Below, in pieces: positions 30,331 to 41,411 of a DNA stretch of 64,000 bases; positions within the stretch are counted from its first letter, which is position 1, and the number at the start of each line of letters is the position of its first letter. Position numbers and translations under genes: made by a program. Below the pieces are notes generated by a model. That model searched no databases, was not told the DNA's origin, and was given only the letters and a program-made list of their open reading frames with translations. Origin of the DNA: Hyphomicrobiales bacterium (GTDB taxonomy: Bacteria; Pseudomonadota; Alphaproteobacteria; JAPOUT01); NCBI GenBank assembly GCA_026708545.1, contig JAPOUT010000109.1, positions 1,921-65,920 of the forward strand, written 5' to 3'.

Positions 30331-30890
30331 CATCGCCACGCACATTTATCGCAATATGCTTGTTGTCGTTATCGGCCTGCGGGGGAGGGGAGAAGCCCTG
30401 GTTTGCGGATTTCGAGGAAGTGCAGGAATCATACGGGCTTTCCGATGTTCCTTTTCCCATGCAACCGCTCCGAAATGCACCGAATACTTCCGTCGGTTTT
30501 GAAGAGAGCGGCAGCGACGCAGATTTTATTTGGCCGGCCCGCGGAAAACTGCTTGCCGACTTCGGCGCTCAAGAGGGAGGGCTCCACAATGACGGCATCA
30601 ACATCGCGCTGCCGTACGGCAGCCCGGTTCATGCAATCGCTTCAGGGCGTGTTGTGTATGTCGGCAATGAACTAAAGGGTTATGGCAATTTGCTGTTGAT
30701 AGCTCATGCGGATGACTGGGTTAGCGCGTACGCGCACAATGCAGAGATTCTGGTTCGACGAGGGGACATGGTTCTTCAAGGGGATGTAGTCGCGCGGTCT
30801 GGTTCGAGCGGAAATGTTGCGGAACCTCAACTGCACTTTGAACTACGTCGAGGATCTCGCGCGGTCAACCCGATGCAGTATATGGGATGA
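30327..30890 (+). CDS. M23 family metallopeptidase lipoprotein (NlpD-like)
   Basis: Lipobox LLSLSAC; M23 LytM motifs (HNDGINIA, GSSG...PQLHFELRRG). Confidence 0.8.
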   Translation: MTSPRTFIAICLLSLSACGGGEKPWFADFEEVQESYGLSDVPFPMQPLRNAPNTSVGFEESGSDADFIWPARGKLLADFGAQEGGLHNDGINIALPYGSPVHAIASGRVVYVGNELKGYGNLLLIAHADDWVSAYAHNAEILVRRGDMVLQGDVVARSGSSGNVAEPQLHFELRRGSRAVNPMQYMG

Positions 30891-30892
30891 TG

Positions 30893-31726
30893 TCAGAGGC
30901 GTTGTCCTAACCGGCCTGCAAGGTCCTGGATGAATTGCCAGGCGACTCGCCCCGACCGGGCGCCCCGTTCCATGCTCCATTCGAGGGCTTCTTGTTGAAG
31001 TTCGTCGGGGGAAATATTCAGCTCGTAATGCTTTGCATAAGCGGTGACCATTTCGAGATACTCGTCCTGCGAGCAGTGGTGAAAGCCTATCCACAGACCG
31101 AAACGGTCCGAGAGAGACACTTTTTCTTGCACGGTTTCGGTGGAATGGATTGTGTTGTCGTTCTCATCGATGGTTCTGCGGAGAAGATGCCGCCGGTTGG
31201 ATGTGGCGTAAAAGAGGCAGTTGTCCGGGCGTCCTTCAATGCCTCCTTCCAGGGCGGCTTTGAGCGACTTGTACGAGAGGTCTTCCTGCTCGAAAGAGAG
31301 GTCGTCACAGAAGACGACGAAACGTCTCTCGAGCGGGCGCAAACTGCCAAGTAGTCTGGGAAGGTCCTGGATGTCTTCCCGGTGGATTTCGACGAGGGCG
31401 AGTTTCCCCGGGTGCTGCGCGCTGAGAGCTACGTGCACGGCCTTGATTAACGAGCTCTTCCCCATTCCCCTTGCGCCCCAGAGCAACGCGTTGTTGGCAG
31501 GGAGTCCTTCGAGAAAACGCTCGGTATTCCGCAGTAAAGTCTCTTTCGCGCGGTCAATGGCCCGCAGTAATTGCGGCTCAATACTTGCGACTTGATGCAC
31601 GGCTTCGAATCCTGCCGGCCGGGGGTGCCACACGAAGGCGTCGGCACCGGAAGCGGGAGGCTTTACATTTGAGCGTGGCGCGAGGCGCTCGAGGGCGTTG
31701 GCAATACGCTTTAAATCACGGAACAT
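30893..31726 (-). CDS. ATP-binding protein, DUF815 family (AAA-like)
   Basis: Start trimmed to MFRDLKRIAN; Walker A GARGMGKSS, Walker B VVFCDD; conserved divergent partner of yajC-secDF. Confidence 0.7.
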   Translation of the reverse strand: MFRDLKRIANALERLAPRSNVKPPASGADAFVWHPRPAGFEAVHQVASIEPQLLRAIDRAKETLLRNTERFLEGLPANNALLWGARGMGKSSLIKAVHVALSAQHPGKLALVEIHREDIQDLPRLLGSLRPLERRFVVFCDDLSFEQEDLSYKSLKAALEGGIEGRPDNCLFYATSNRRHLLRRTIDENDNTIHSTETVQEKVSLSDRFGLWIGFHHCSQDEYLEMVTAYAKHYELNISPDELQQEALEWSMERGARSGRVAWQFIQDLAGRLGQRL

Positions 31727-31818
31727 TGAGAGAATCCTGTTGCAAGGGGTTGTATTTGACCTTACTATTATCCAGCGCGAGGTCAAGACGATATCGCGTG
31801 ATTTTGTGAAACGGAGTT

Positions 31819-32199
31819 ATGATGATGGAGACGAGTTTGCTCGAAATGTTTGTATCAACGGCGCATGCGCAGACGGGTACACAGGGTGGTGCGGGAGATT
31901 TCCTGATAGGAATACTTCCCTTTGTTGCAGTATTTGCGATTATCTATTTTTTGATATTGCGTCCCCAGCAGAAGAAATTGCGCGATCACCGCGCCATGGT
32001 TGAGGCAGTCCGTCGCGGCGATGTCGTCGTGACAGGAGGGGGATTGATAGGCAAGGTCTACCGTGTCGTTGACGGCCACGAGTGTATTGTGGAACTGGCC
32101 GAAGGCGTGCGCGTGCGCGTGTTGAAAAACACCCTGAGCGATGTGCGTTCGAAGACCGAGCCTGTTTCCGAAGAAGCAACGCCAAAAGACAAAAACTAG
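31819..32199 (+). CDS. yajC: preprotein translocase subunit YajC
   Basis: Single TM (LIGILPFVAVFAIIYFLILRPQQKK) and YajC C-terminal motif (GGLIGKV). Confidence 0.85.
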   Translation: MMMETSLLEMFVSTAHAQTGTQGGAGDFLIGILPFVAVFAIIYFLILRPQQKKLRDHRAMVEAVRRGDVVVTGGGLIGKVYRVVDGHECIVELAEGVRVRVLKNTLSDVRSKTEPVSEEATPKDKN

Positions 32200-32214
32200 C
32201 GCACACGACTCCAA

Positions 32215-33975
32215 ATGTTATATTTCACGAAATGGAAGATTGTTTTCGTTTTGGCTGTGTGCGCGGCGGGTCTGCTGTTTGCCTTGCCGAACGCCTTCCC
32301 GCAAAGAATTTTAGATACGCTTCCCGACTGGTTGCCGCGCGATAAAGTCGTGCTGGGGCTTGACCTGCAGGGTGGTTCGCATTTGCTCTTGGAAGTTGAT
32401 GTTGATACGGCCGTGCGCGAACGTCTTGAGACCCTTGTGGATGACGCGCGCTCGGGTTTGCGGGGCGAGCGTATAGGCTATCGCAATCTTGGGGTTCGAG
32501 GAGACGCGCTTCGTGTGGAAATTATTGAGGAAGAAGAGGAGGAGGAGGAGGAGAGCGAGGAAGGCGGAGAAAACGGAGAGAGTGTAGAAAGCGCAGAAGA
32601 CGAAGAACAGGTCGTTGAGGTTGTTGAAGCCGTTGAGGAAGAAGAGATCGATATGGTCGCCGCCGCATTGGATGTGCTGGGAGAGTTGTCCGAGCCGATA
32701 GCGGCGACCGTATTCACGCCGGTGCCGGTAGAAGAGTTGGAGATTACCGCCAACGGAAACGTTGTTGAGGCCCGTTTAAGCGAGCAGGCACGTTTGCAAC
32801 GAACGACCTCGGCGGTGTCGCAATCGATAGAGATTATCCGTCGCCGCATTGACGAACTCGGCACGCGGGAGCCGACCATCCAGCGCCAAGGCGAGCGGCG
32901 CATTCTTGTTCAGGCGCCGGGCTTGGACGACCCCGAACGATTGAAGGAATTGCTCGGTCAAACGGCAAAACTGAGCTTCCACCTGGTTGATTCTTCAATG
33001 ACGCCCGAACGCGCCGAAGAGGGGAGGCCCCCGACCGGGTCCGAGTTGCTGTATTCGGATACAGAGCCGAAGATTCCATATTTAATTCGAAAGCGCATTA
33101 TGGTTAGCGGAGAAAATCTTGTGGATGCGCAGCCGGCATTTGAGCAGATCAGCAACCGCCCTGTGGTGAACTTTCGTTTCGATAACACCGGTGCGCGGCG
33201 TTTTGGAAAGGCGACGCAAGAAAACGTCGGGCAGCCCTTTGCAATCGTTTTGGACGGGGAGGTGATTAGTGCACCGGTTATTCGCGAGCCGATACTGGGA
33301 GGGTCGGGTCAGATAAGCGGGAATTTCACGGTTGAGAGTGCAAACGACCTCTCGATTTTGCTGCGGGCGGGAGCGTTGCCTGCTCCATTGGAAATTATTG
33401 AAGAGCGCACTGTTGGACCGGGATTGGGAGCGGATTCCATTCGTGCGGGCGCGATTGCCTGCGTGATAGGCTTGGCGGCGGTTTTGATGTTCATGTTTTT
33501 TGCCTACGGGCGATTCGGAATGTTTGCCGATGTCGCCTTGCTGGTGAATTTGATTTTGTTGCTGGGAGCGTTATCGCTGTTGGGTGCAACCCTGACTTTG
33601 CCGGGAATTGCCGGAATTGTCTTGACGATAGGCATGGCGGTTGACGCGAATGTCTTGATATTCGAGCGCATTGACGAGGAGACCTCCACCAATAAATCGC
33701 CCCTGAACGCCGTTGATGCCGGCTATCGGCGCGCTCTGGGAACGATATTGGACGCCAACATCACAACCTTGATAGCGGCGTTGGTGTTGTTTCAAGTCGG
33801 CTCAGGACCGGTTCGAGGCTTTGCGGTTACCTTGGCGATAGGAATTATCACTTCGGTTTTCACGGCGTTCATTTTGACCCGGATGCTGATGGTACTGTGG
33901 TTGCGGGGCGTTCGTCCGAAGACACTGCGCATTCGACGCGTCCGCCTGGGTGCACAAATTGAGGAAGGCGCATGA
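32215..33975 (+). CDS. secD: protein translocase subunit SecD (with ~45-aa Glu-rich insertion)
   Basis: SecD periplasmic P1 domain and C-terminal 6-TM SecD/F motifs; insert EEEEEEEEESEEGGENGESVESAEDEEQVV... Confidence 0.9.
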   Translation: MLYFTKWKIVFVLAVCAAGLLFALPNAFPQRILDTLPDWLPRDKVVLGLDLQGGSHLLLEVDVDTAVRERLETLVDDARSGLRGERIGYRNLGVRGDALRVEIIEEEEEEEEESEEGGENGESVESAEDEEQVVEVVEAVEEEEIDMVAAALDVLGELSEPIAATVFTPVPVEELEITANGNVVEARLSEQARLQRTTSAVSQSIEIIRRRIDELGTREPTIQRQGERRILVQAPGLDDPERLKELLGQTAKLSFHLVDSSMTPERAEEGRPPTGSELLYSDTEPKIPYLIRKRIMVSGENLVDAQPAFEQISNRPVVNFRFDNTGARRFGKATQENVGQPFAIVLDGEVISAPVIREPILGGSGQISGNFTVESANDLSILLRAGALPAPLEIIEERTVGPGLGADSIRAGAIACVIGLAAVLMFMFFAYGRFGMFADVALLVNLILLLGALSLLGATLTLPGIAGIVLTIGMAVDANVLIFERIDEETSTNKSPLNAVDAGYRRALGTILDANITTLIAALVLFQVGSGPVRGFAVTLAIGIITSVFTAFILTRMLMVLWLRGVRPKTLRIRRVRLGAQIEEGA

Positions 33976-34892
33976 ACATACGTTTTAAATTTCTCCGTTA
34001 TCGTCGCCTGGCGCTTGCAGCGTCGGGTGCTCTCTTGGTCGGGTCGGTTCTGTTGTTTTCGTTGCTGGGATTGAATTACGGGATAGATTTTCGCGGCGGT
34101 GTGATGATTGACATTGGCACGAAGGGTGCGGCGGACATAGGGGCGCTGCGCTCGCAAATAGGTTCATTGGGCTTGGGAGATGTGCAAATTCAGCGTTTCG
34201 GCGAACCGGACAATGTGCTTATCCGCGTAGAGGAGCAGACCGCTTCGGGCGAAACCGCAGAGGAAAGCGCGGCGGACCTGGATGTCGTCACGCAAATACG
34301 AGAGGTGTTGGGCGAAGAGGTGGAATATCGGCGTGTCGAGGTGGTCGGTCCCAAAGTGAGCGGGGAGCTGATTCGGTCCGGCACGCTCGCCATTCTCGGC
34401 GCGATGGCGTTGGTGCTGGTGTACATATGGTTCCGGTTTGAATGGCAATTCAGTATCGGGGCGATATTGGCGTTGGTGCACGACGTCGTGGTGACGATAG
34501 GGGTGTTCTCGCTTTTACGCCTGGAATTCAACCTGTCAATAATCGCGGCAATATTGACGATTGTGGGGTATTCGCTGAATGACACGGTTGTTATTTATGA
34601 CCGGGTGCGGGAGAATTTACGCAAGTATAAGAAGATGCCGTTGGAGGAATTGCTGGACTTGTCGGTGAACCAGACGCTTTCGCGCACGTTGATAACCTCG
34701 GTAACGACCTTGTTGGCGCTGGCGGCGCTGTATATTTTCGGCGGCGAAGTGATTCGAGGATTTGTATTCGCGATGATTTGGGGAGTGTTTGTCGGAACGT
34801 ATTCATCGGTGTTTATAGCGGCACCGCTGTTATTGGGGCTCGGTGTGAAGCGCGACTGGAGCGGCTTGGACAGCAAAGGCGAGGGGGTATAG
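33972..34892 (+). CDS. secF: protein translocase subunit SecF
   Basis: ATGA overlap with secD; SecF TM core motifs. Confidence 0.9.
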   Translation: MNIRFKFLRYRRLALAASGALLVGSVLLFSLLGLNYGIDFRGGVMIDIGTKGAADIGALRSQIGSLGLGDVQIQRFGEPDNVLIRVEEQTASGETAEESAADLDVVTQIREVLGEEVEYRRVEVVGPKVSGELIRSGTLAILGAMALVLVYIWFRFEWQFSIGAILALVHDVVVTIGVFSLLRLEFNLSIIAAILTIVGYSLNDTVVIYDRVRENLRKYKKMPLEELLDLSVNQTLSRTLITSVTTLLALAALYIFGGEVIRGFVFAMIWGVFVGTYSSVFIAAPLLLGLGVKRDWSGLDSKGEGV

Positions 34893-34958
34893 CCGCGGCG
34901 GTTGCAATGTTGTATACTCCCGCAGGGGGTAACGAGTTTCATCAACGGGAGAGGTATT

Positions 34959-35561
34959 ATGTCTGCGATTTTGACGTCTTTACGTAACACTGTGGTGGCC
35001 AGCTTTGTGTTGGCTGCGGGTTTATTTGTGCTGTATCTGGGATGGGGTGGGGGTGTTGACTATACCTTTTGGACTTTCCTGTTCCGGTGGCTGCATGTGA
35101 TTTCGGGAGTGATGTGGATAGGGTTGTTGTGGTATTTCAACTTTGTTCAAATCCCGGGCATGCCGAATATCCCCGATGAGCAAAAACCTGCGATATCGAA
35201 GGTGATCGCGCCTTCGGCCTTGTGGTGGTTTCGGTGGGGCGCAATGGCGACGATTGTGACAGGCATCGTGCTTGCGTCGTTGAACGGCTATCTGCTGGAA
35301 GCATACACGCTGGGTGCGATGGAAGGTTTTTACGTCCAAAAACACATTATGATTGGAATTGGAATGTGGCTGGGGACGATCATGTGGTTCAATGTCTGGT
35401 TCGTAATCTGGCCGAACCAGAAGATCGCACTGGGTATTGTCCCGGCGGAAGCGGACGTCAAGGCCGCGAGTGCACGCCGTGCGATGTTGTTCTCAAGGAC
35501 AAACACGCTCCTTTCCATGCCGATGTTGTTTGCAATGGTCTCGGCGCAGAACTTATTCTAA
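34959..35561 (+). CDS. membrane protein, HemJ/CopD-like 4-5 TM family (tentative)
   Basis: Start trimmed to ATG 34959 after GGGAGAGG RBS; 'WLHVISGVMWIGLLWYF' resembles the H-x3-G-x2-W-x-G helix of HemJ-type proteins; assignment uncertain. Confidence 0.4.
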   Translation: MSAILTSLRNTVVASFVLAAGLFVLYLGWGGGVDYTFWTFLFRWLHVISGVMWIGLLWYFNFVQIPGMPNIPDEQKPAISKVIAPSALWWFRWGAMATIVTGIVLASLNGYLLEAYTLGAMEGFYVQKHIMIGIGMWLGTIMWFNVWFVIWPNQKIALGIVPAEADVKAASARRAMLFSRTNTLLSMPMLFAMVSAQNLF

Positions 35562-35638
35562 GGTAACGAAAGAAGTGCAAGGGGCCCGGCCCCTTGCACC
35601 CTTTTCATCCCCGGCAGGGACCCGCGCCCCTGCATCTC

Positions 35639-36048
35639 TTAATTCGGTTTAATCGCTTGCTCCAGTTGCTCCAAGCGCTCTAGATTTGCCTTTGCCCCTT
35701 CGAGAGCCTCTTCATCCTTGGCATCCGCCACATCCTCTCGGGCATTTTGAATCTTTTGCGCCAACTCTCCTGCATCCAAATCATCAAGCAGCACAATCTC
35801 CTCTGCCAGTACGACCACGTCTCCGGCAAGCACCTCGGCAAATCCGTCCCGCACGAAAATTCGCTTGTTTCCCTCTTTACTCGAATGAACCTCCACGACC
35901 CCGGAACGCAACATGGAAACCATTGGCGCGTGGCTCGGCAAAATCCCGAAATCCCCCTCAACTCCGGGAATCACTGCCATCTCGACCTCATCGAAGCCGA
36001 GCTGGAATTCCGGACATACCAGGTTGAAATGGAACCCGTTTCCGGACA

Positions 36049-36049
<1 letters not shown>
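35639..36049 (-). CDS. atpC: F0F1 ATP synthase subunit epsilon
   Basis: 136 aa; N-terminal beta-sandwich (FHFNLVCPE...) and C-terminal helical hairpin; immediately downstream of atpD. Confidence 0.9.
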
Positions 36050-37614
<1,565 letters not shown>

Positions 37615-37768
37615 TCATCGTTCGGGGTGGAGTCGCATCGAATCGATTGCCCGGACGACAAACGGAGACGATGCCGCCGGGACGAAGGCGGGCGCAATGG
37701 TGATATTTCCGCAATAGCCCATGCCGCAGTTGTGGCGTTACTGCCGGAGAATGCTCTATACTCGGTTT

Positions 37769-38230
37769 ATGCGTTGTCCTCATTGCCAGGCGGAAGATAC
37801 ACAGGTGAAAGATTCACGTCCGAGTGAGGGCGGCGGCGTGGTTCGCCGCCGGCGTAGTTGCAGCCAGTGCCAAGCGAGATTTACAACTTTTGAACGTGTT
37901 CACATACCGGAAGTGAACGTCTTGAAAAAGGACGGACGAAAAGTTTCTTTCGACAGGGAGAAGCTGGCGCGTTCGATACGAATTGCCTTGCGCAAGCGCC
38001 CGATCGCGCCGGAGGATGTGGAACGGATGATTGCGGAATTGCTAAATCGAATCGAGGGCTTGGGCAAAAGCGTGATAGAATCGGCGCGGATAGGTCAAAT
38101 GGCGATGGACATGCTGCAGCAGGTTGACGCGGTTGCTTATGTGAGATTCGCGTCCGTGTACAAGGATTTTCGCGAACCGGGAGATTTCCGTGATTTTGTG
38201 AAACGATTGCGCCCGCCCGAAACTCGATGA
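37769..38230 (+). CDS. nrdR: transcriptional repressor NrdR
   Basis: Start trimmed to MRCPHCQ...; N-terminal Zn ribbon (CPHCQ...CSQCQ) and ATP-cone. Confidence 0.9.
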   Translation: MRCPHCQAEDTQVKDSRPSEGGGVVRRRRSCSQCQARFTTFERVHIPEVNVLKKDGRKVSFDREKLARSIRIALRKRPIAPEDVERMIAELLNRIEGLGKSVIESARIGQMAMDMLQQVDAVAYVRFASVYKDFREPGDFRDFVKRLRPPETR

Positions 38231-39345
38231 CCCCGGGTGATGACCGCTATCTAATGGGCGTTGCACTCATGTTGGCGCGTCGCGTGTTGGGGGAAGTCGC
38301 GCCCAATCCCGCGGTCGGTTGCGTGCTTGCTCGAAAAGAAAAGGGCTCCGTGCGCATCATTGCCCGTTCGCACACGTCGAAAAGCGGACGCCCCCATGCG
38401 GAAACGCAAGCATTAAAATCGGCGGACGGTAAGGCGGAGAACGCGAGCATGTATGTAACGCTGGAACCTTGCGCCCATACGGGGGAAACGCCTCCCTGCG
38501 TGGATGCGATAATCGCGTCGGGTGTGTCACGCGTCGTTTACGCCCTCGGAGATCCCGACCCGCGCGTTTCGGGCCGGGGGCGGCAGCGCCTGGAAGATGC
38601 GGGTATCAAGGTCGAATCGGGAGTGTTGCGCGAAGAGGCGGAGCAATTGAATGCGGGCTATTTAATGCACCGTATTCGAGGGCGCCCTCTGGTGATTTTG
38701 AAAGTGGCGAGTTCTCTGGACGGATGTATCACATCGCCGAAAAGCCGCTGGGTAACGGGGAAAACGGCCCGGCGGCGCGGGCATTTGCTACGGGCAATGT
38801 GTGACGGGATTTTGATTGGAAGCGAATGCGCAATGAAGGACGATCCGATGTTGACTTGCCGTTTGCCGGGAATGGAATCACGCTCGCCGGTTCGCATTGT
38901 TGCCGACGGTCGGCTTCGCTTGCCGTTGGAGAGCCAATTGCCGAAGAGTGCGGACGAAGCCGGTTTGTGGATTCTCACGCGTGCCGGCTCCTCCGCCGAG
39001 AAGCGCAAAGCATTGGAAAAACACGGTGTGATCCTTCTCGAAGTTCCGGAAAAAAACGGCCGTCTCGACATATCGAAAGCGTTGGAGCTGTTGGCGGGCC
39101 GGGGAATAACCCGCCTGCTGGTGGAAGGCGGCGCCCGGCTGGCGACTTCGTTTTTGCGCGCCGGTTTGGTGGATAGGGTTGAATGGTTTCGTGCGCCCGT
39201 GGTTTTCGGGGAAGGGGGCCTGCCGGCTTTTGGTGACTTGTGCCGCGGGGCAATTCCGGGCGGGGACGCCTTTATCTCGGCCGGATGTTGTAAAGTCGGT
39301 GAAGACACCCATGAGACCTATGTCTCAAAACGAAACGAGGACTAG
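38227..39345 (+). CDS. ribD: bifunctional diaminohydroxyphosphoribosylaminopyrimidine deaminase / 5-amino-6-(5-phosphoribosylamino)uracil reductase
   Basis: N-terminal CMP/dCMP deaminase zinc motif (HAE...PCAHTG.TPPC) plus C-terminal reductase domain. Confidence 0.9.
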   Translation: MTPGDDRYLMGVALMLARRVLGEVAPNPAVGCVLARKEKGSVRIIARSHTSKSGRPHAETQALKSADGKAENASMYVTLEPCAHTGETPPCVDAIIASGVSRVVYALGDPDPRVSGRGRQRLEDAGIKVESGVLREEAEQLNAGYLMHRIRGRPLVILKVASSLDGCITSPKSRWVTGKTARRRGHLLRAMCDGILIGSECAMKDDPMLTCRLPGMESRSPVRIVADGRLRLPLESQLPKSADEAGLWILTRAGSSAEKRKALEKHGVILLEVPEKNGRLDISKALELLAGRGITRLLVEGGARLATSFLRAGLVDRVEWFRAPVVFGEGGLPAFGDLCRGAIPGGDAFISAGCCKVGEDTHETYVSKRNED

Positions 39346-39346
39346 C

Positions 39347-39958
39347 ATGTTTACCGGAATTATCACGGATATCGGCAAAATTGTCCGCTTGGAGAATCGC
39401 GAAGACGGTGTTCTGTGCGCTCGAGTTTCCTGCTCGACGCCCGGGAACGACCTTGGTGTCGGCGATTCCATTGCTTGCTCCGGCGTATGCATGACGATAG
39501 TCGAGTCCGGCACAGAGGGTGATTCGAATTGGTTCGAAGTTCATGCATCAGAAGAGACTCGCCGTATAACCACTTTACAAAACTGGAAAATTAATGATTT
39601 TATAAATCTGGAACCGGCCTTGCGTATCGGTGCGCCTCTCGGGGGCCATCTGGTATCGGGGCATGTGGACGGCATGGCACGGGTGGTTTCGATGGAGGAG
39701 GTCGAAGGTTGTCTGCGTATATGGTTGACTTGCCCTGCGGAGTTGTCGCGTTATGTCGCGACGAAATGCTCGATAGGCCTGGACGGCATCTCGTTGACGG
39801 TCAACGAGACAGACGAGGCTGATTTGTTTCGTTTTCGTGTTGAGATAATTCCGCATACGCGGTCGGCCACCAGTTGGAAAAGTCTGGCGGAAGGGGCCCT
39901 TGTGAATATGGAGGTTGATATGTTGGCGCGTTACGTTGAACGACTGGTGACAAAATGA
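39347..39958 (+). CDS. ribE: riboflavin synthase
   Basis: MFTGIITDIG...LGGHLVSGHVDG internal duplication characteristic of riboflavin synthase alpha. Confidence 0.9.
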   Translation: MFTGIITDIGKIVRLENREDGVLCARVSCSTPGNDLGVGDSIACSGVCMTIVESGTEGDSNWFEVHASEETRRITTLQNWKINDFINLEPALRIGAPLGGHLVSGHVDGMARVVSMEEVEGCLRIWLTCPAELSRYVATKCSIGLDGISLTVNETDEADLFRFRVEIIPHTRSATSWKSLAEGALVNMEVDMLARYVERLVTK

Positions 39959-40572
39959 TTGCTTCGATTGATGAGATTCTGGATGAGGCCCGGGAGGGCA
40001 GGGTCTTCATTCTGGTGGATGCGGAAGACCGCGAAAACGAAGGCGACTTGGTCATTCCGGCGCAGCACTGCAATGCCGATGCCGTGAATTTCATGGCGAC
40101 TCATGGACGCGGATTGATCTGTCTGGCATTGACGCAACAGCGGGCAAAAGAATTGGATTTGGAACAAATGACCGGGCGTAACCATTCGCGTTATCGCACC
40201 GCTTTCACGGTTTCGATTGAAGCGAGAGAGGGTGTCACGTCGGGAATCTCGGCCTACGACAGGGCGCGCACAATCGCCGTTGCCATAGACTCGAACAAAA
40301 GCGCCGAGGATGTGGTGTCACCCGGGCATATGTTCCCGCTGGTTGCCCGGGAAGGCGGCGTATTGGAAAGGGCAGGGCACACGGAAGCGGCCATCGATAT
40401 CGCACGGATGGCGGGCATGTTTCCTGCCGGGGTATTGTGCGAAGTCATGAACGATGACGGAACAATGGCGCGGCTGCCGGATTTGGAAAGGTTCGCGCAA
40501 AAACATAATCTTAAGATTGCGACGATTGCGGACCTTATCGAGTATCGTCGTAACCGGAAAGGGGCGGCGTAA
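39955..40572 (+). CDS. ribB: 3,4-dihydroxy-2-butanone-4-phosphate synthase (monofunctional)
   Basis: DHBP synthase motifs (DRENEGDL, HTEAAIDIARMAG); no GTP cyclohydrolase II domain. Confidence 0.85.
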   Translation: MIASIDEILDEAREGRVFILVDAEDRENEGDLVIPAQHCNADAVNFMATHGRGLICLALTQQRAKELDLEQMTGRNHSRYRTAFTVSIEAREGVTSGISAYDRARTIAVAIDSNKSAEDVVSPGHMFPLVAREGGVLERAGHTEAAIDIARMAGMFPAGVLCEVMNDDGTMARLPDLERFAQKHNLKIATIADLIEYRRNRKGAA

Positions 40573-40998
40573 ATGGCGAAACGAAATTTTCACATCGCGA
40601 TTGTTGATGCGAGATATTATGAATCCATCTCCGAAAGTCTTATGAACGGCGCACTCTCCGCGCTGGCGGAAGTCAATGCGACCCACGAACATATTTTGGT
40701 TCCCGGTGCGCTTGAGATTCCCGCGGCCGTCCGCTTGCGCCATAACTCGAATCGCGAGGTTGACGGCTTTGTGGCGCTGGGATGTGTCATTCGGGGGGAG
40801 ACGAGCCACTACGATATCGTTGCGGGGGAATCCGCCCGAGGCTTGATGGATTTGACCGTTCGGGAGGGCATTCTAGTGGGCAATGCAATCCTCACCGTCG
40901 AAAACCTCAAGCAAGCCGAAAAACGCGCCATAAGCAAGGGTGGCGCCGCAGTGGGTGCGGTGTTGTCCTTGCTCGGGCTGAGAGAAAACTTGAAGTGA
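40573..40998 (+). CDS. ribH: 6,7-dimethyl-8-ribityllumazine synthase
   Basis: 141 aa; 'HIAIVDARYYESISESL...VPGALEIP' lumazine synthase core. Confidence 0.9.
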   Translation: MAKRNFHIAIVDARYYESISESLMNGALSALAEVNATHEHILVPGALEIPAAVRLRHNSNREVDGFVALGCVIRGETSHYDIVAGESARGLMDLTVREGILVGNAILTVENLKQAEKRAISKGGAAVGAVLSLLGLRENLK

Positions 40999-41411
40999 CC
41001 TCTCCCGCGCGTTTGCAGCTTGTGCAGGCCCTCTACCAGATGGATATGACGGCTCTTGATGCCGAGGAACTCATAAACGAATTTTCGGAACGTGAAGATT
41101 CCGACCTCAACGAGATCGAACGGGAAAGTTTCGAAGCGTTACTGCGCGGGGTGGTCGAGCATCTCAGCGAGGTTGACTCCAAACTGGGGAGCGCCTTGGC
41201 GGAAGGTTGGCGGGCGGAGCGGATAGACCGAACCATGCGGGCAATCCTCCGGGCGGGTCTGTATGAAATTCTGTTCAGCCGCTTGATACCGGCGAGCAAG
41301 ACCATTGGAGAATATCGAGAGATTGCCGGGTCGTTCTTTTCACCGAAACAGACCCGCCTGGTTCCGGGAGTCTTGGAGCGGGTGGCTCGAGAGGCCGGCC
41401 GATATGAATGA
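40995..41411 (+). CDS. nusB: transcription antitermination factor NusB
   Basis: GTG start overlapping ribH stop; NusB helical motifs (AR..ALQALYQ-like, RAILRAGLYEIL). Confidence 0.85.
   Translation: MTSPARLQLVQALYQMDMTALDAEELINEFSEREDSDLNEIERESFEALLRGVVEHLSEVDSKLGSALAEGWRAERIDRTMRAILRAGLYEILFSRLIPASKTIGEYREIAGSFFSPKQTRLVPGVLERVAREAGRYE

Noticed and set aside
32521-32652. Checked whether the repetitive GAG/GAA tract or the 69-nt direct repeats could be a CRISPR array
   Set aside because: The tract is coding, in-frame low-complexity DNA. The 69-nt repeats are only two imperfect copies ~500 bp apart without regular spacers, and no cas genes are present.
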